Of a DNA stretch of 64,000 bases, positions 39,445-50,505 are shown piece by piece; position 1 is the first letter of the stretch; every line of letters begins with the position of its first letter. Source of the stretch: Zootoca vivipara (taxonomy: Eukaryota); contig NC_083282.1 of the NCBI RefSeq assembly GCF_963506605.1, positions 50,406,001 through 50,470,000 of the forward strand, read 5' to 3'. A program made the position numbers and the translations under genes. The notes beneath the pieces are model-generated. The model had not been told where the DNA came from. It worked only from the letters and a program-made list of their open reading frames with translations, and made no database searches.

Positions 39445-39483
39445 CTGCTGCGGCTACGGGAGAAGCTTCTCCTTCGTGGAGAT
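39445..39483 (-). CDS. SRSF3: SRSF3 RS-domain exon (39 nt)
   Basis: SPRRRSFSRSRS with canonical AG/GT boundaries. Confidence 0.95.
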
Positions 39484-40242
39484 CTACAATCAAAAATAGA
39501 AAAGTGAGTATTTTCATCAATTCAACATTAGTGGGGCGAGGCAATTCCCAACTTGTCAAGTCACTGTTGGGCCCAGTGAGCGTGCCAAATAACATGGCAC
39601 TCATCGTCCAGAAAAATGGAAAGATTCAGGCATTAAAAACTCAGTGTGATCAGCACGCTTCCAACCATGAGTTTGCTTTAACTAACACCATGTCATAAGC
39701 AAACCTGTCCAATGCAGCACTTCCATCTGAACTAAATCCACTGCCTAGAACACTATACTCATGTCCCACAAGTAGTCCCAAAATTGGTATAAACCAGTAT
39801 TTTGGAACCCATGCAAGGTAAAAGTCCGCAACAGGACACAAGGTACCAAGTGAAAGACTAATGCACACTGTGACAAAGCCATTAAACACCATTAGAACTG
39901 CATATTTGTGAATGTAAAAATTAAAACTGTCATAGTGTGTTTAGTCTAAAGAACCTTAGTTTGCCCAGTTTATCCCAAAAGTAATTGTTTTAAGTTCCGA
40001 AAACTGTTAGTAAAACAGTTTAAAGGTGAAAGGAGTTGGCAGATCTTTGCAAGGAAGAACTAAGTTAGCAATTAAATGTAGTTTGCCATCTCGCATGCAA
40101 ATATACTGCAGTTTAGTTTCTTATATTAAGTTTCCTTAACACCCTTAAAAGTTTTATTCAAGCAACATATGTATGTTACCACGAAATTATGCACAGCCAG
40201 CCTTTGATTGAGAAAAAGTAATTACTTATAAGCCGCTTACTC

Positions 40243-40790
40243 NNNNNNNNNNNNNNNNNNNNNNNNNNNNNNNNNNNNNNNNNNNNNNNNNNNNNNNNNN
40301 NNNNNNNNNNNNNNNNNNNNNNNNNNNNNNNNNNNNNNNNNNNNNNNNNNNNNNNNNNNNNNNNNNNNNNNNNNNNNNNNNNNNNNNNNNNNNNNNNNNN
40401 NNNNNNNNNNNNNNNNNNNNNNNNNNNNNNNNNNNNNNNNNNNNNNNNNNNNNNNNNNNNNNNNNNNNNNNNNNNNNNNNNNNNNNNNNNNNNNNNNNNN
40501 NNNNNNNNNNNNNNNNNNNNNNNNNNNNNNNNNNNNNNNNNNNNNNNNNNNNNNNNNNNNNNNNNNNNNNNNNNNNNNNNNNNNNNNNNNNNNNNNNNNN
40601 NNNNNNNNNNNNNNNNNNNNNNNNNNNNNNNNNNNNNNNNNNNNNNNNNNNNNNNNNNNNNNNNNNNNNNNNNNNNNNNNNNNNNNNNNNNNNNNNNNNN
40701 NNNNNNNNNNNNNNNNNNNNNNNNNNNNNNNNNNNNNNNNNNNNNNNNNNNNNNNNNNNNNNNNNNNNNNNNNNNNNNNNNNNNNNNNNN
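40243..40790. other. 548-nt run of N inside SRSF3, between exon 3 and the 39-nt exon (expected location of the poison exon)
   Basis: Ns seen directly. The minus-strand upstream flank is a pyrimidine tract (gatggcttgtttttcattttt). Confidence 0.95.
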
Positions 40791-41520
40791 AAAAATGAAA
40801 AACAAGCCATCAGTACAACCATCTATTAGCTAACAAATACTCCTATTGTGTTCTACAGTGAAAGGGAACAGATTTCACTCTCTTATCTTGTATGGACTTT
40901 ATTTACCTGAAACAGGCTAAAATCAGCCATTGCAGAAATAAAGACCTTAAGTATGACTAATAAACACCCAACCAATCTGTCAGGGTCAGAGAATGCATTA
41001 CTTGTAAAAACCTGCTTTATTTTGAAATTTATTCCTGCATAACTCAAAAGTTGGTTATACTTCAATAGATTTACTATTGTCAGATTTAGCTAAGCAACTG
41101 TTCATTGCTTCAGCATTTTAAAAACAGTTGCCTGCCTGGCATCATTGTGCTAAAGTGGAAAAATCTCGAGTGGGTGAAAAAGCCAAGCTGTTGTATGCAA
41201 TGTTTACAACAATGGTGTAAAGAAAAGAAAGAAAAAAAAACCAAGTTGGAGTACTGGGAAGAAAAAGAAAGTGACTAGAAGATGAACAGACTTCAGAAGG
41301 AAAGATGATAATCCGTGTTAGAGGGCACTATCAACTGGTATAGACACCTAAGGATAAAAGTCAGTGTTCAACACAATGTATCCCTCTAACACACACATGT
41401 TCAATGCTTTAAAATTCTGTGTCTGGCTAGGTATAGACAAACAAGTTTTTATAAAAAAGTCTATTATGCCAAATGGTAATACTGCCAACATTACTATACA
41501 AGTTCTTTGCTCCTAAATAC

Positions 41521-41655
41521 CTGCGGCGAGGTGGAGGGCTTCTCCTGCGATAGTCATCTCGAGGACGTCTACCCCATGAGGGAGGGGGTCCACGGTTCCG
41601 ACTACGTTTTTCACCATTGGAGAGTTCCACCCTGACACGACACCCACAAAGTGTT
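41521..41655 (-). CDS. SRSF3: SRSF3 exon 3 (135 nt)
   Basis: [45 protein letters not shown] with canonical splice sites. Confidence 0.97.
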
Positions 41656-42354
41656 CTAAGAGAAAAAGGGAAGAGTCGTTATATCTAACAGCCCAATTAA
41701 ACTAAGCCAGACACTTCAACTAGTACCCCTGTATTTCCCTAGTTATTTATTCTTCAACACAAAAACCATACAAAATCAGTCTAACTTTGTTTTGCTTAAC
41801 TGAAAATTAGACTGGGGACCAGTATTTCACTCCTAAGAAGTAGCCAGCACTTAAAATTGTTTTGATCATATAGAACGCATATTCAGCTACAGGCTTCTTA
41901 TAGATGTCAAAATAAAAATGTTTTTAAATCAACCATTAAGAGCCTGCAATGTTGAGCGTATTTCCATTTAAAAAATAATAATTAAATGTTTGAAACAGGG
42001 CACTCAGAATCGCAAGAGCTCACAACCAGTTTCCAAAACGTGTAGCTGTGCAAAATCTAGCAGCTCAGGAATAATATGCAACATGTTTAAACTGTACTCA
42101 AAATAAACTTTTCTTGCACAATCAAATGGTTTACATTTCACACAAATCTAACAGACTGTTAGTATGAATTACTCCCCAGCCCCCAACAGAAAATCAGTTC
42201 TATTTCTCTTAGATCTCCAGGTACAGAAGCCAGGCTATTTGTGACCAAGAAAATAATAAATCTAATGACAATTTCTTTTCAATCAAAGCAGCATATTACA
42301 TTAATAGATCAGAGTATACACACAAGCTCAACCCAAATGTAAGTGAATCTTTAC

Positions 42355-42560
42355 CTCCCATCTAGTTCTCTGACTGCATCAGCAGCATCACGTGGGTCTT
42401 CAAATTCAACAAAAGCAAAACCAGGGGGATTCCTAGCAACCCACACACTGCGTAGTGGTCCATAGTAGCCAAAAGCTCGTTCCAATTCAGTTTTGTTGCC
42501 ATTGTTCCCAAGGTTACCTACATAAACCTTGCAGTCCAGTGGACACGAATCACGATGCAT
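42355..42560 (-). CDS. SRSF3: SRSF3 first coding exon, RRM (206 nt)
   Basis: [68 protein letters not shown], the SRSF3/SRp20 RRM. Confidence 0.98.
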
Positions 42561-42949
42561 CTCTGAAAAATATGCAAAGAAAAACTGGTTTGCCTTCTGC
42601 TCATAATATTTATTAAATAGTGAGGGAACCTTTTGGATAAAAAGATATTTATAACAGGCTCACGATTTTGAAAATACAGTGCGGATGACTTGACTTACAA
42701 CGCGGAACTTAGAAATATAATCCATTGTTCCAAAGTACTAATAATCTTATGTTGAAGACCCATACTCCATGCCCTTGAAACACATGAGTGAAGTCAAAAT
42801 TAAGAGATCGCGATATAAGAAAGGAGTTGTCGATCCTTTCCCCCATTTGAGGGCGTCCAGGGGTTGACAACTCGTCTTGGAAGGGCGTGTTGTGTTCAGA
42901 TCCCCAAAGCAGGCCTCTTTCAAGGGATCCTGTGGTGATTTGAACTGGG

Positions 42950-44040
42950 CCTCAGGCTCGCTCACGAGGAGACGAAAGGGGCTTCTTACGCCTTGGGTAA
43001 CTGGCGCGCCTACTACTGAGCGGTTTCCCGCCCATAACGGCGGCCTCCGGTCCTCACAATTCTCCCTCAATTCGACTCGAGCCTGCGCATATAAAACCCA
43101 CCACGCCGCCCCTCACACTCAAGCAGTCCGCCTCCCTTTTCATCTCCTCCCCGGGACCAACATCCCGGCGGGAGACCTGACGTTAATTCAACCACACAAA
43201 ATGGCGGCGGCTCTTTGTCCGCTGCCGCAACCGCGAGGCCTTCCATCCCGACCAAGCCCCTCCCTCACCGGCTGCCGGGCCAGGAGTGTGACGGACTCTC
43301 GCGAGTAACCGCTACACGGTTTTATGATATATATTTTTTGTCCGGTCGCCTCCGCCGTCTTCCTCGCTTCTCGCCCCTCAGCAACCAAGCTTGATCGCTG
43401 CGTCGCCCGTTTTCCCGCCAAGACTCGATTCCGCCGCCGCTCCCACTTCGTCGCACTGGACAAAATGGCGGAAGGCGGCTACACACCCCGAGTTTATATA
43501 CGTCCTGCCCATCTAGCACGTGATCTGGATTCTCACCAATCACACGTCGCTTCTCCGGTGATCGACGGTTCTTTGCACCCTACCCCCTTTCTCAGAGAGA
43601 CTGCTCCGCCTCAAGGAGCAGATCCTTCCTGACGCTTCTTGTTCGCTTAGTAGTGCCTTGCTCCTATTGCCCAGTAGGCCGGGCCAGTGTCACCGTGGCA
43701 ACCAGAGAATAGGTGGGGCGCGGGGGGGGGGACAAGAATGGATGGGGCGCGGCGGACAGTGCCTTACGGAGGCTTAGGAAGAGGCCGGGCTTATGGTGGA
43801 AACGTGTGGGGCAGGAGGTGTCCCGGTATTTTCCTAAAAGCCGGTGGGGTTTCGCTCAACTGCTCTATGTCCACTTCGATGCAACCGCTTTTCAAATTTC
43901 CCGGATGAGCTCAAAGGGTTTCCCTCTTTTAGAGGCGCGGCATTTCTCGCTTCAGCTTTAGCCTGAACCCGCACTGGATTGGGGGGACGGGGACCCACAT
44001 CGCCATTAATCCTTAAAAGGGAATTTAAGGCGGCCGCAGT
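42950..44040. promoter_or_regulatory. SRSF3 CpG-island promoter
   Basis: CpG-rich. TATA 43493-43500, E-box CACGTG ~43517, CCAAT ~43536, two AAAATGGCGG (YY1) motifs, TCTCGCGAG palindrome 43297-43305. Confidence 0.8.
43269..43470 (-). other. SRSF3: SRSF3 non-coding exon 1 (approximate TSS)
   Basis: TATATAAA (minus, 43493-43500), YY1-type CCGCCATTTT at the start site, GTGAG donor at 43268. Confidence 0.6.
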
Positions 44041-45912
44041 TCTGATTCTTTTCTCCTAACGATTTACAAAGTGGGGCTTGTTTCCGAAGAGCTATGTTTT
44101 CCCTTTGCAGAGGAATGTTGCCCATCCCAGGTGCTGTACGAAAGGGGCTATAATTTTGCCAACTGTGCTGTGACTTTGTTCCTAGAGGGGTTGGTAGATA
44201 GGGACCCCCGTTCCCACACCTGATCTGGCTTCAGCTGGCCTCGGAATAGGAAGGACAAGGAATCTGATGCTGTCAGAGAGAGTGGTACCTCCATTCTGTG
44301 TTCGGTTAGATGGGATGCAGGCCTCTAAAGGCAAGTGTGGGATGGTTATTGCCCCTGCTGTGACAGATGAGGCAGACCGTTGGCTGGCAAGTTGTGCAGA
44401 GAGGTGATGAGAGCAAAGTGTTTTGGGATGCTACTTGCCAACTCCTAGGGGCCGAGGTCCCTTTGCCCCCCCCCCAGAGAATATTTCGGGGGGCACCACC
44501 CTAAACAAAGTTGATGGCCGTTGCCATTCAAATAGTGTGGGTGTGCCCCATCATGTGATTATGTGGGGAAGGGCTTACCTAGGTCCCCAAATATTTTATT
44601 CAAGTTGGCACCCCTGTAATCTGACAGTTTTTGGCCAGGTATGCAAAAGATGAGTGAGGCCATTTTTCCTTAGTGCGGGTCAAAATCCCATCACCTGCTT
44701 CCCAACCCTGAGTCCTGTGTATGGCACCATTATGGGATAGTCCTAGCAATTTGTGATAGTGTGTACCGTAGCTGTGGTTCCCCTTTTCATGTGTCCTCCT
44801 AATCCCTCTCGGTTGCTTGGCAGAAAGAAAAAAATATTCCCTGAGCATCTTAAACAGGGTCCTTTCTGCAGGCTTATTGCCATGTGGTGAAAGAAATATC
44901 CTCTTTTCATTTGAGTGCTCTGTTGTGTGACCTCTCCTTCCTCCTCTTTGGGACTTATACTTCTAAAAGTACACTTTTGTGAATCCTTACATTTGGAAGA
45001 TTGCATCGTATGTGTGACCCTATCGGTCTGCCACCTAGTGGCAAGCAAAGAAACCTGTTTGCTTTTCTGGAGATAAAAGCCGGTTTCTTACCTGTTTCCC
45101 CAGAGTTTTCTATCTGAATAATCCATAGCTCCTCTGCTATTTAGTCACCCACACAGGACTGCTTTATGTTGTAGAGTGGTCTGAAGTTATTCTAGGTTAA
45201 AACCCCAGGAGGCCACAAGGCCTATAAAGATATCATGGATATGGAGGCAACTAGTTCCCCCCGTCCCCGCCCCCCGCATGAATGGTATGTAAAAAGCTGG
45301 ACATGTCATGTGCTCTTAATATAATTTTATGAGTTAGGTGGGGTAGGTTGTATGCCTGACCTTCCTTCTAATTCCTGGAATAGCCAGGTTAGCTTCCTGG
45401 TGAGGTAATGGCCCTCTAAGTATGTGCCATTAGGTAACAAAGGAAGTGGTTCTGTGCCAGATAACAAATAGTGGGTTGGTCCCCACTCGACTCACTGGTA
45501 GTTAGAAAGACAAAAGCAAGAATTGAGAGTTGTGGTGTAAGCTAGAAGCTGGAAGACAGAGCTATGCCTGATTTCTGTCTCAAGCTCAGGTGGTGTATAC
45601 TGTATGTGTAAATAAACCATTGATCCTAAAGACACCATAGTCTCTGCTGTTCCTCATTCCAAGGAAACTGAAACTTGGGTAAGCACCTGGTCATTGAAAT
45701 GTACATCAAATGCAAAACATTTTGGCAGAGAAAGGGAGGCATTTTATTTATTTGAAAGAAAAGCATCAACAATTTAGAGATACATACAATTTCAAAAATA
45801 AGAAAACATTGATTACGTATATTATATCAAACCACAATATCCTGCTACAAGTTCCCTTACATTGCCAGAAGCCAAAGCTCATGTTCTTTGAAACAAAATA
45901 AAAAATAAAAAA

Positions 45913-46211
45913 TTCCTTCCAGTAGCACCTTAGAGACCAGGCATCCCCAAACTGTGGCCCTCCAGATGTTTTGGCCTACAAGTCCCATGATCCCTAGCTA
46001 ACAGGACCAGTGGTCAGGGATGAGGGGAATTGTAGTCCAAAACATCTGGAGGGCCGAAGTTTGGGGGTGCCTGTTAGAGACCAACTAAGTTTGTCATTGG
46101 TATGAGCTTTCGTACCAATGACAAAGTTAGTTGGTCTCTAAGGTGCTACTGGAAGGATTTTTTTTATTTTTTTTTGACTATGTTAGACCAGCATGGCTAC
46201 CTACCTGTAAC
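45913..46211. mobile_element. Penelope-like palindromic element interrupted by a hAT MITE (45938-46073)
   Basis: Inverted arms ccttccagtagcaccttagagaccaactaagtttgtc. The MITE is flanked by TSD TTAGAGAC at 45930-45937 and 46074-46081. Confidence 0.7.
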
Positions 46212-48086
46212 TAGAACTCATGTCCTTTGGTAACTATTTAATAAAGTTGACTTGCATAGCATAGAAATTCTCTAATTATTTTGATATGCCAACACATAAT
46301 GGGCCAGTTTCTCCATCAAAGCCACACAAGTTCCAGAGCTGCTGCCGCCGGTCAAACTTCAAGTTTGCTTTCAAAATCCTCCACAGCTTTTCTGTGGTGA
46401 ATTTAGCCACACTTAATATAATCACATCTTTATGGAGTCTTCAAATAGAAAAATGGAGGGCAGGTTTAGGATTTAGAATGGATTTTTTGTTCTGCAATAT
46501 GATCCACTTCATTAGACACTTTTATCCAATCCTGGGATATTCTTGAACTCAGTACTGGAAGCCAGCTTGTAACTATCTGGTAACTATTGTTCAGTGAAGG
46601 CCAGCACAGTTTGAAGCTTCCATAACTGTGGGAGTTAAAAATGCTGCTGGATGCAACACCCATTCTCTAAAAGTAGAGCTGCTGAAATATTTCCTATGAT
46701 GCAACTTCCCAAGGGTAGTGGAATTGAGTAGCCATGGCAGCACACTTTGTCTATGATAGAATGCTTTAAGTTGTCATTCAATGAGCATCTTTCAATTTCT
46801 CTGGCTGACATTCACTTGCTCAGACAAATGGAATCATAGTTCTTATGATAATGGTAGTTGCCCCTCAATTACATAAAGATCAGATGTTTTAGACTTGGCT
46901 ATGGCTAGTGCTTATTAGCCTGGAAACACGTAACTAGGAAGCGCTGCTGTGACAGAAACATCATTTATGTTAACTTTTTGGGTGTCCTGGAAACTAAAAA
47001 GAGATCACAAGATTTTAGCAACCAATTTAGCAACCTCTATTTAAATCTTTAATTGGTTACAAGTTTTGACCTTTTCAATAAATGGCTCTTACGCCAGGAA
47101 CAGAGTTGTTACAAAGCTAGAAGCCTGTAGTGATTAGCTGATGAACACAATGACTCAAAATAAACAATTCTAGCCGCAGATGGTACAAGGCAGAACCAGT
47201 TAGGTCTGTACATTGCTACTACTTTTTGTTATTGACATCATGAAAACAATCCTACATTTAACTGTAGCTGCAATGAGGCACAAACAGCTATACCAATATG
47301 ACTGCATAGAAAAGATATATGACATTCAGTGGTGTCCATGTGCTAGCAAAATGGGCTTTCACTCATGCATTCCTGCCCTCTCACCCTCACCTTTCAGCTC
47401 CTGCACACTCCCAGAATCTGTGTTGGACACTTTGGGAATCATTTGAGTAGATGGGCAGTGGGCAGGCACAGAGGAAATCCTGTTGTGTCAGCAGAAGTCC
47501 AGGTTGTGAGGTACTGGCTCTGTTCAGGCTTGCTTAGCTGCTGGTATTATATTATTTGCTCTGCATTTCTATTGTCTTATTTTATTTGTGCCGTAATTCT
47601 TGAAAGGTGCCTTGGAAATCCAAATCTGAGAGGCAATACTGCAAGTGGCTGTTGATGGTGTCCACTCTCTGCTGACTGGCCAAAATGGAAGTGAACTTGC
47701 CCCAGCTGCAGGTGGCTGTGCGATGCATATGCTGTTGCCTTCACCACTGGACTATAGAGGCAGGAAGCAGCCAGCAGAGGAGGGACAGGCCTCAGATACA
47801 CCCAGAGAAACTCACCTTTACCATAGAGAAGAGACTGACGTGGGTCTAAAAGCTTCAGAAGCATGAACTTGCTCTGAAAGGGTACTGTACTGGGAAAAGA
47901 AGCAGACTCATTTACCTGGCAGTGGAGTGGAGGTTGGGGCAAGGGGACAGGAACCAAGGGAAAATAGAGCTGTGATTTATTTATCTGTGAAGAGAACCCT
48001 GTGATGGGAGGAATGCAGAACTTCCTTGGCAAGGAATAAAGATCTCACCAATAGTTCTTGGTGAAAGAGGGGTTTGGGGAACTAGA

Positions 48087-48223
48087 CCAGGCACCCCCAA
48101 ACTTGGCCCTCCATGTTTTTTGGGACTACAACTCCCATCATCCCTAGCTAACAGGACCAATGGTCAGGGATGATGGGAATTGTAGTCCCAAAACATCTGG
48201 AGGGCCGAGTTTGGGGGCCCCTG
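48087..48223. mobile_element. hAT MITE (same family as 29608 and 45938)
   Basis: CAGGCACCCCCAAAC...GTTTGGGGGCCCCTG ends and a shared internal sequence. Confidence 0.8.
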
Positions 48224-48358
48224 CACTTGACAAACCACTATAAAGAAGGAAAACTGAGAGTGTCAAATAAACGATAGATGAAGGCAACAGAATTCTTTTT
48301 TTATGTGCAAGGCTGAAAGGCACATATGTAAGATCAGTACTGATAAAATAAAATAAAA

Positions 48359-48580
48359 TCCTTCCAGTAGCACCTTAGAGACCAACTAAGTTTGTCATAG
48401 GTATGAGCTTTCGTGTGCATGCACACTTCTTCAGATACACTTCTGTTTCAGTGTATCTGAAAGAAGGGTGTATGCACACGAAAGCTCATACCTATGACAA
48501 ACTTAGTTGGTCTCTAAGGTGCTACTGGAAGGAATTTTTTTGTTTTGACTACATCAGACCAACACGGCTACCTACCTGTA
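48359..48580. mobile_element. Penelope-like inverted-repeat (pseudo-LTR) element containing a minimal hammerhead motif
   Basis: ~80-bp near-perfect inverted arms (48359-48533) and a tail shared with the 45913 copy. CTGAAGA...CGAAAGCTC core on the minus strand. Confidence 0.7.
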
Positions 48581-49587
48581 ATCGGTTCTGATGTTCAGAA
48601 TAGCAGGTTCCTGCCTTATATCAAAGCTGAAAGAAGAACAGGCCTGCCGAGATAACACCGCTGGGATAGTATTCAGGTGAGCCCTCGCAGCCCTGCATCT
48701 TCTGACTCTAGCTATGCCCCATCTCCACACATTTCTGATCTGTGGATGGGAAGCGACATCTGCTTATGCAGCATCTGAGGAAAGTATTGTATGTATAATA
48801 GCAAGGCCCCATCCTGTTGCACCACCGTGATGTCCTGAGTCAGGTTGCAAGTTACTGTTGGTGACACTGGAGACTTTGCTGGGAGGAGCCTAAGTATTTG
48901 TTTGCCTTTGAGGCCACCATGGTTCAACCAAGACTGATAAACATTACCAACCTTAAATTTGGGGTGGGCTGTGTGAAGCATGTCTTTAATTTCTACTGAG
49001 CAGGAAGTTTTATTTATGCTTCTCCATTTTTAGTTGTATACATATATTAATATCCCACTTCATATTTCCAGGCTGAGCCCAGACACTGAAGGCATATTGT
49101 GACCATGCGCAATTGTAAATCCTGGTCCAATTCAAAATCTGACAATAACATGTCAAGAAGAGGAAGATTCCTCCTTGCCTTGTTCATATGCTCAGTTCTT
49201 CACTTCTCCGGCTGCCTTCTAGAAAAATCAAGCTGATTCTTACCTTAAACATGTGGTGCTGATTCAGAAATTATATCAAAAGTTATCCAGCAAAAAATGG
49301 TTGGAATAAGTCCCCCAGTGATAAAGAGTTTCACATTCTTCAGCCTTGCTATTGATCCCAACCTCCATAGCATGATTTTACGATCCTATGAAAATGACAG
49401 GATGAGAGATATTTCAAAAGCAGGAGGTCCTGGTGCCTTAATCACTAGCCAAATAGTAAACTTTATTGTCCAAGGTTGATTATCTCTGGGAGAAGCACAT
49501 CTTTCATTTATACAAGGAGGAAAAGATCTTAGTCATAGAATATGATGCGCAGCTCACACCTATTGTTAAGTGTAGCCACAGAGCAAC

Positions 49588-49657
49588 TATAAAAGAAGCT
49601 AGGAAGGCGCACACTGTCATTGCAGGAGGAGGTTCACTAGAGATCTGCTAGCAACAA
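49588..49657 (+). promoter_or_regulatory. PTH4: Candidate PTH4 core promoter and non-coding exon 1 (49619-49657)
   Basis: TATAAAAG at 49588-49595. Inr-like TCATTGC with its A at 49619, 31 nt downstream. CAA|GTAAGA donor at 49658. Confidence 0.55.
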
Positions 49658-50416
49658 GTAAGACTCCACAAATCAACTTTACCATACTCCAATACAAGGA
49701 GAAATAGTAAGTACTCTACATTACACTGCTATTTTTAACCTGTTGGGCTTAAAACTCTATATACACTTACCAGAATATAAGCCCCATTGAACTTATTTCT
49801 GAGTAGACATGTATAGGGTTGCACTGTTAAATATTTTCTTACAACTAATATTTAATGAAGATATTGCCTGTTCTATGTAGCTATACAAATATATCCCAAA
49901 TATATTATTGACAAAATCTGTCAATAGGCGATTATAGTACTGGAAAAATTGAACCAATGGCTTGTGCCATTCAGGATGTATTTTGTGTACAGTATTCACA
50001 TATTTCTTGAAAACCAGTTCTGGTTCAGATCAGAATATTTGTTTTGTTCGCCCCAAAAGCAAACAATTTTATATACATATTATGCTATTGATTTTCATAG
50101 GCAATACTAACCTGAGTGAAGATTGCAGTAATATATTTATGACAGGAATATTTGGAATATATATTTAAAAGATGGTTTTCTATTGTTCAAATTTTGTATC
50201 CTAATATACAAATTATTTGGTTTTTGTTGTCATAGTAAATATGAAAAGGCAAAGAATAATATTTCTTTAAAAATTATATATTTCAGGCCAATACTTCCTA
50301 TCTGCCACTATGATTTAATTTTACTATCGATTATTTAAGTGGAATATGTTATAGTTGCAAGTTGCATTTCAATGTCCATCTTATTTCTTCTTGTTTAACA
50401 GTTTACAAGACAGAAG

Positions 50417-50505
50417 ATGCTTTTGTCCCAAAGATATCTACAGATGGTGACATTTTTGTCCATTTTTTTTCTTGTTTGGTTTGCAACATGTCAAGAAACA
50501 AAAAC
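50417..50505 (+). CDS. PTH4: PTH4/PTH-L prepro exon: MLLSQRYLQMVTFLSIFFLVWFATCQETK(T)
   Basis: Acceptor ttgtttaacag at 50401, AAG ATG context, hydrophobic signal peptide ending A-T-C. The phase-2 AC|GTAAGA donor matches the phase of the downstream exon. Confidence 0.85.

Noticed and set aside
40176-40822. Two ~200-aa ORFs
   Set aside because: Artefacts of the N run.
49150-49236. Short ORF MSRRGRFLLALFICSVLHFSGCLLEKSS* resembling a signal peptide near PTH4
   Set aside because: Ends at a stop with no usable donor and lies upstream of the TATA/Inr. The 50417 exon fits the phase and splice signals exactly.
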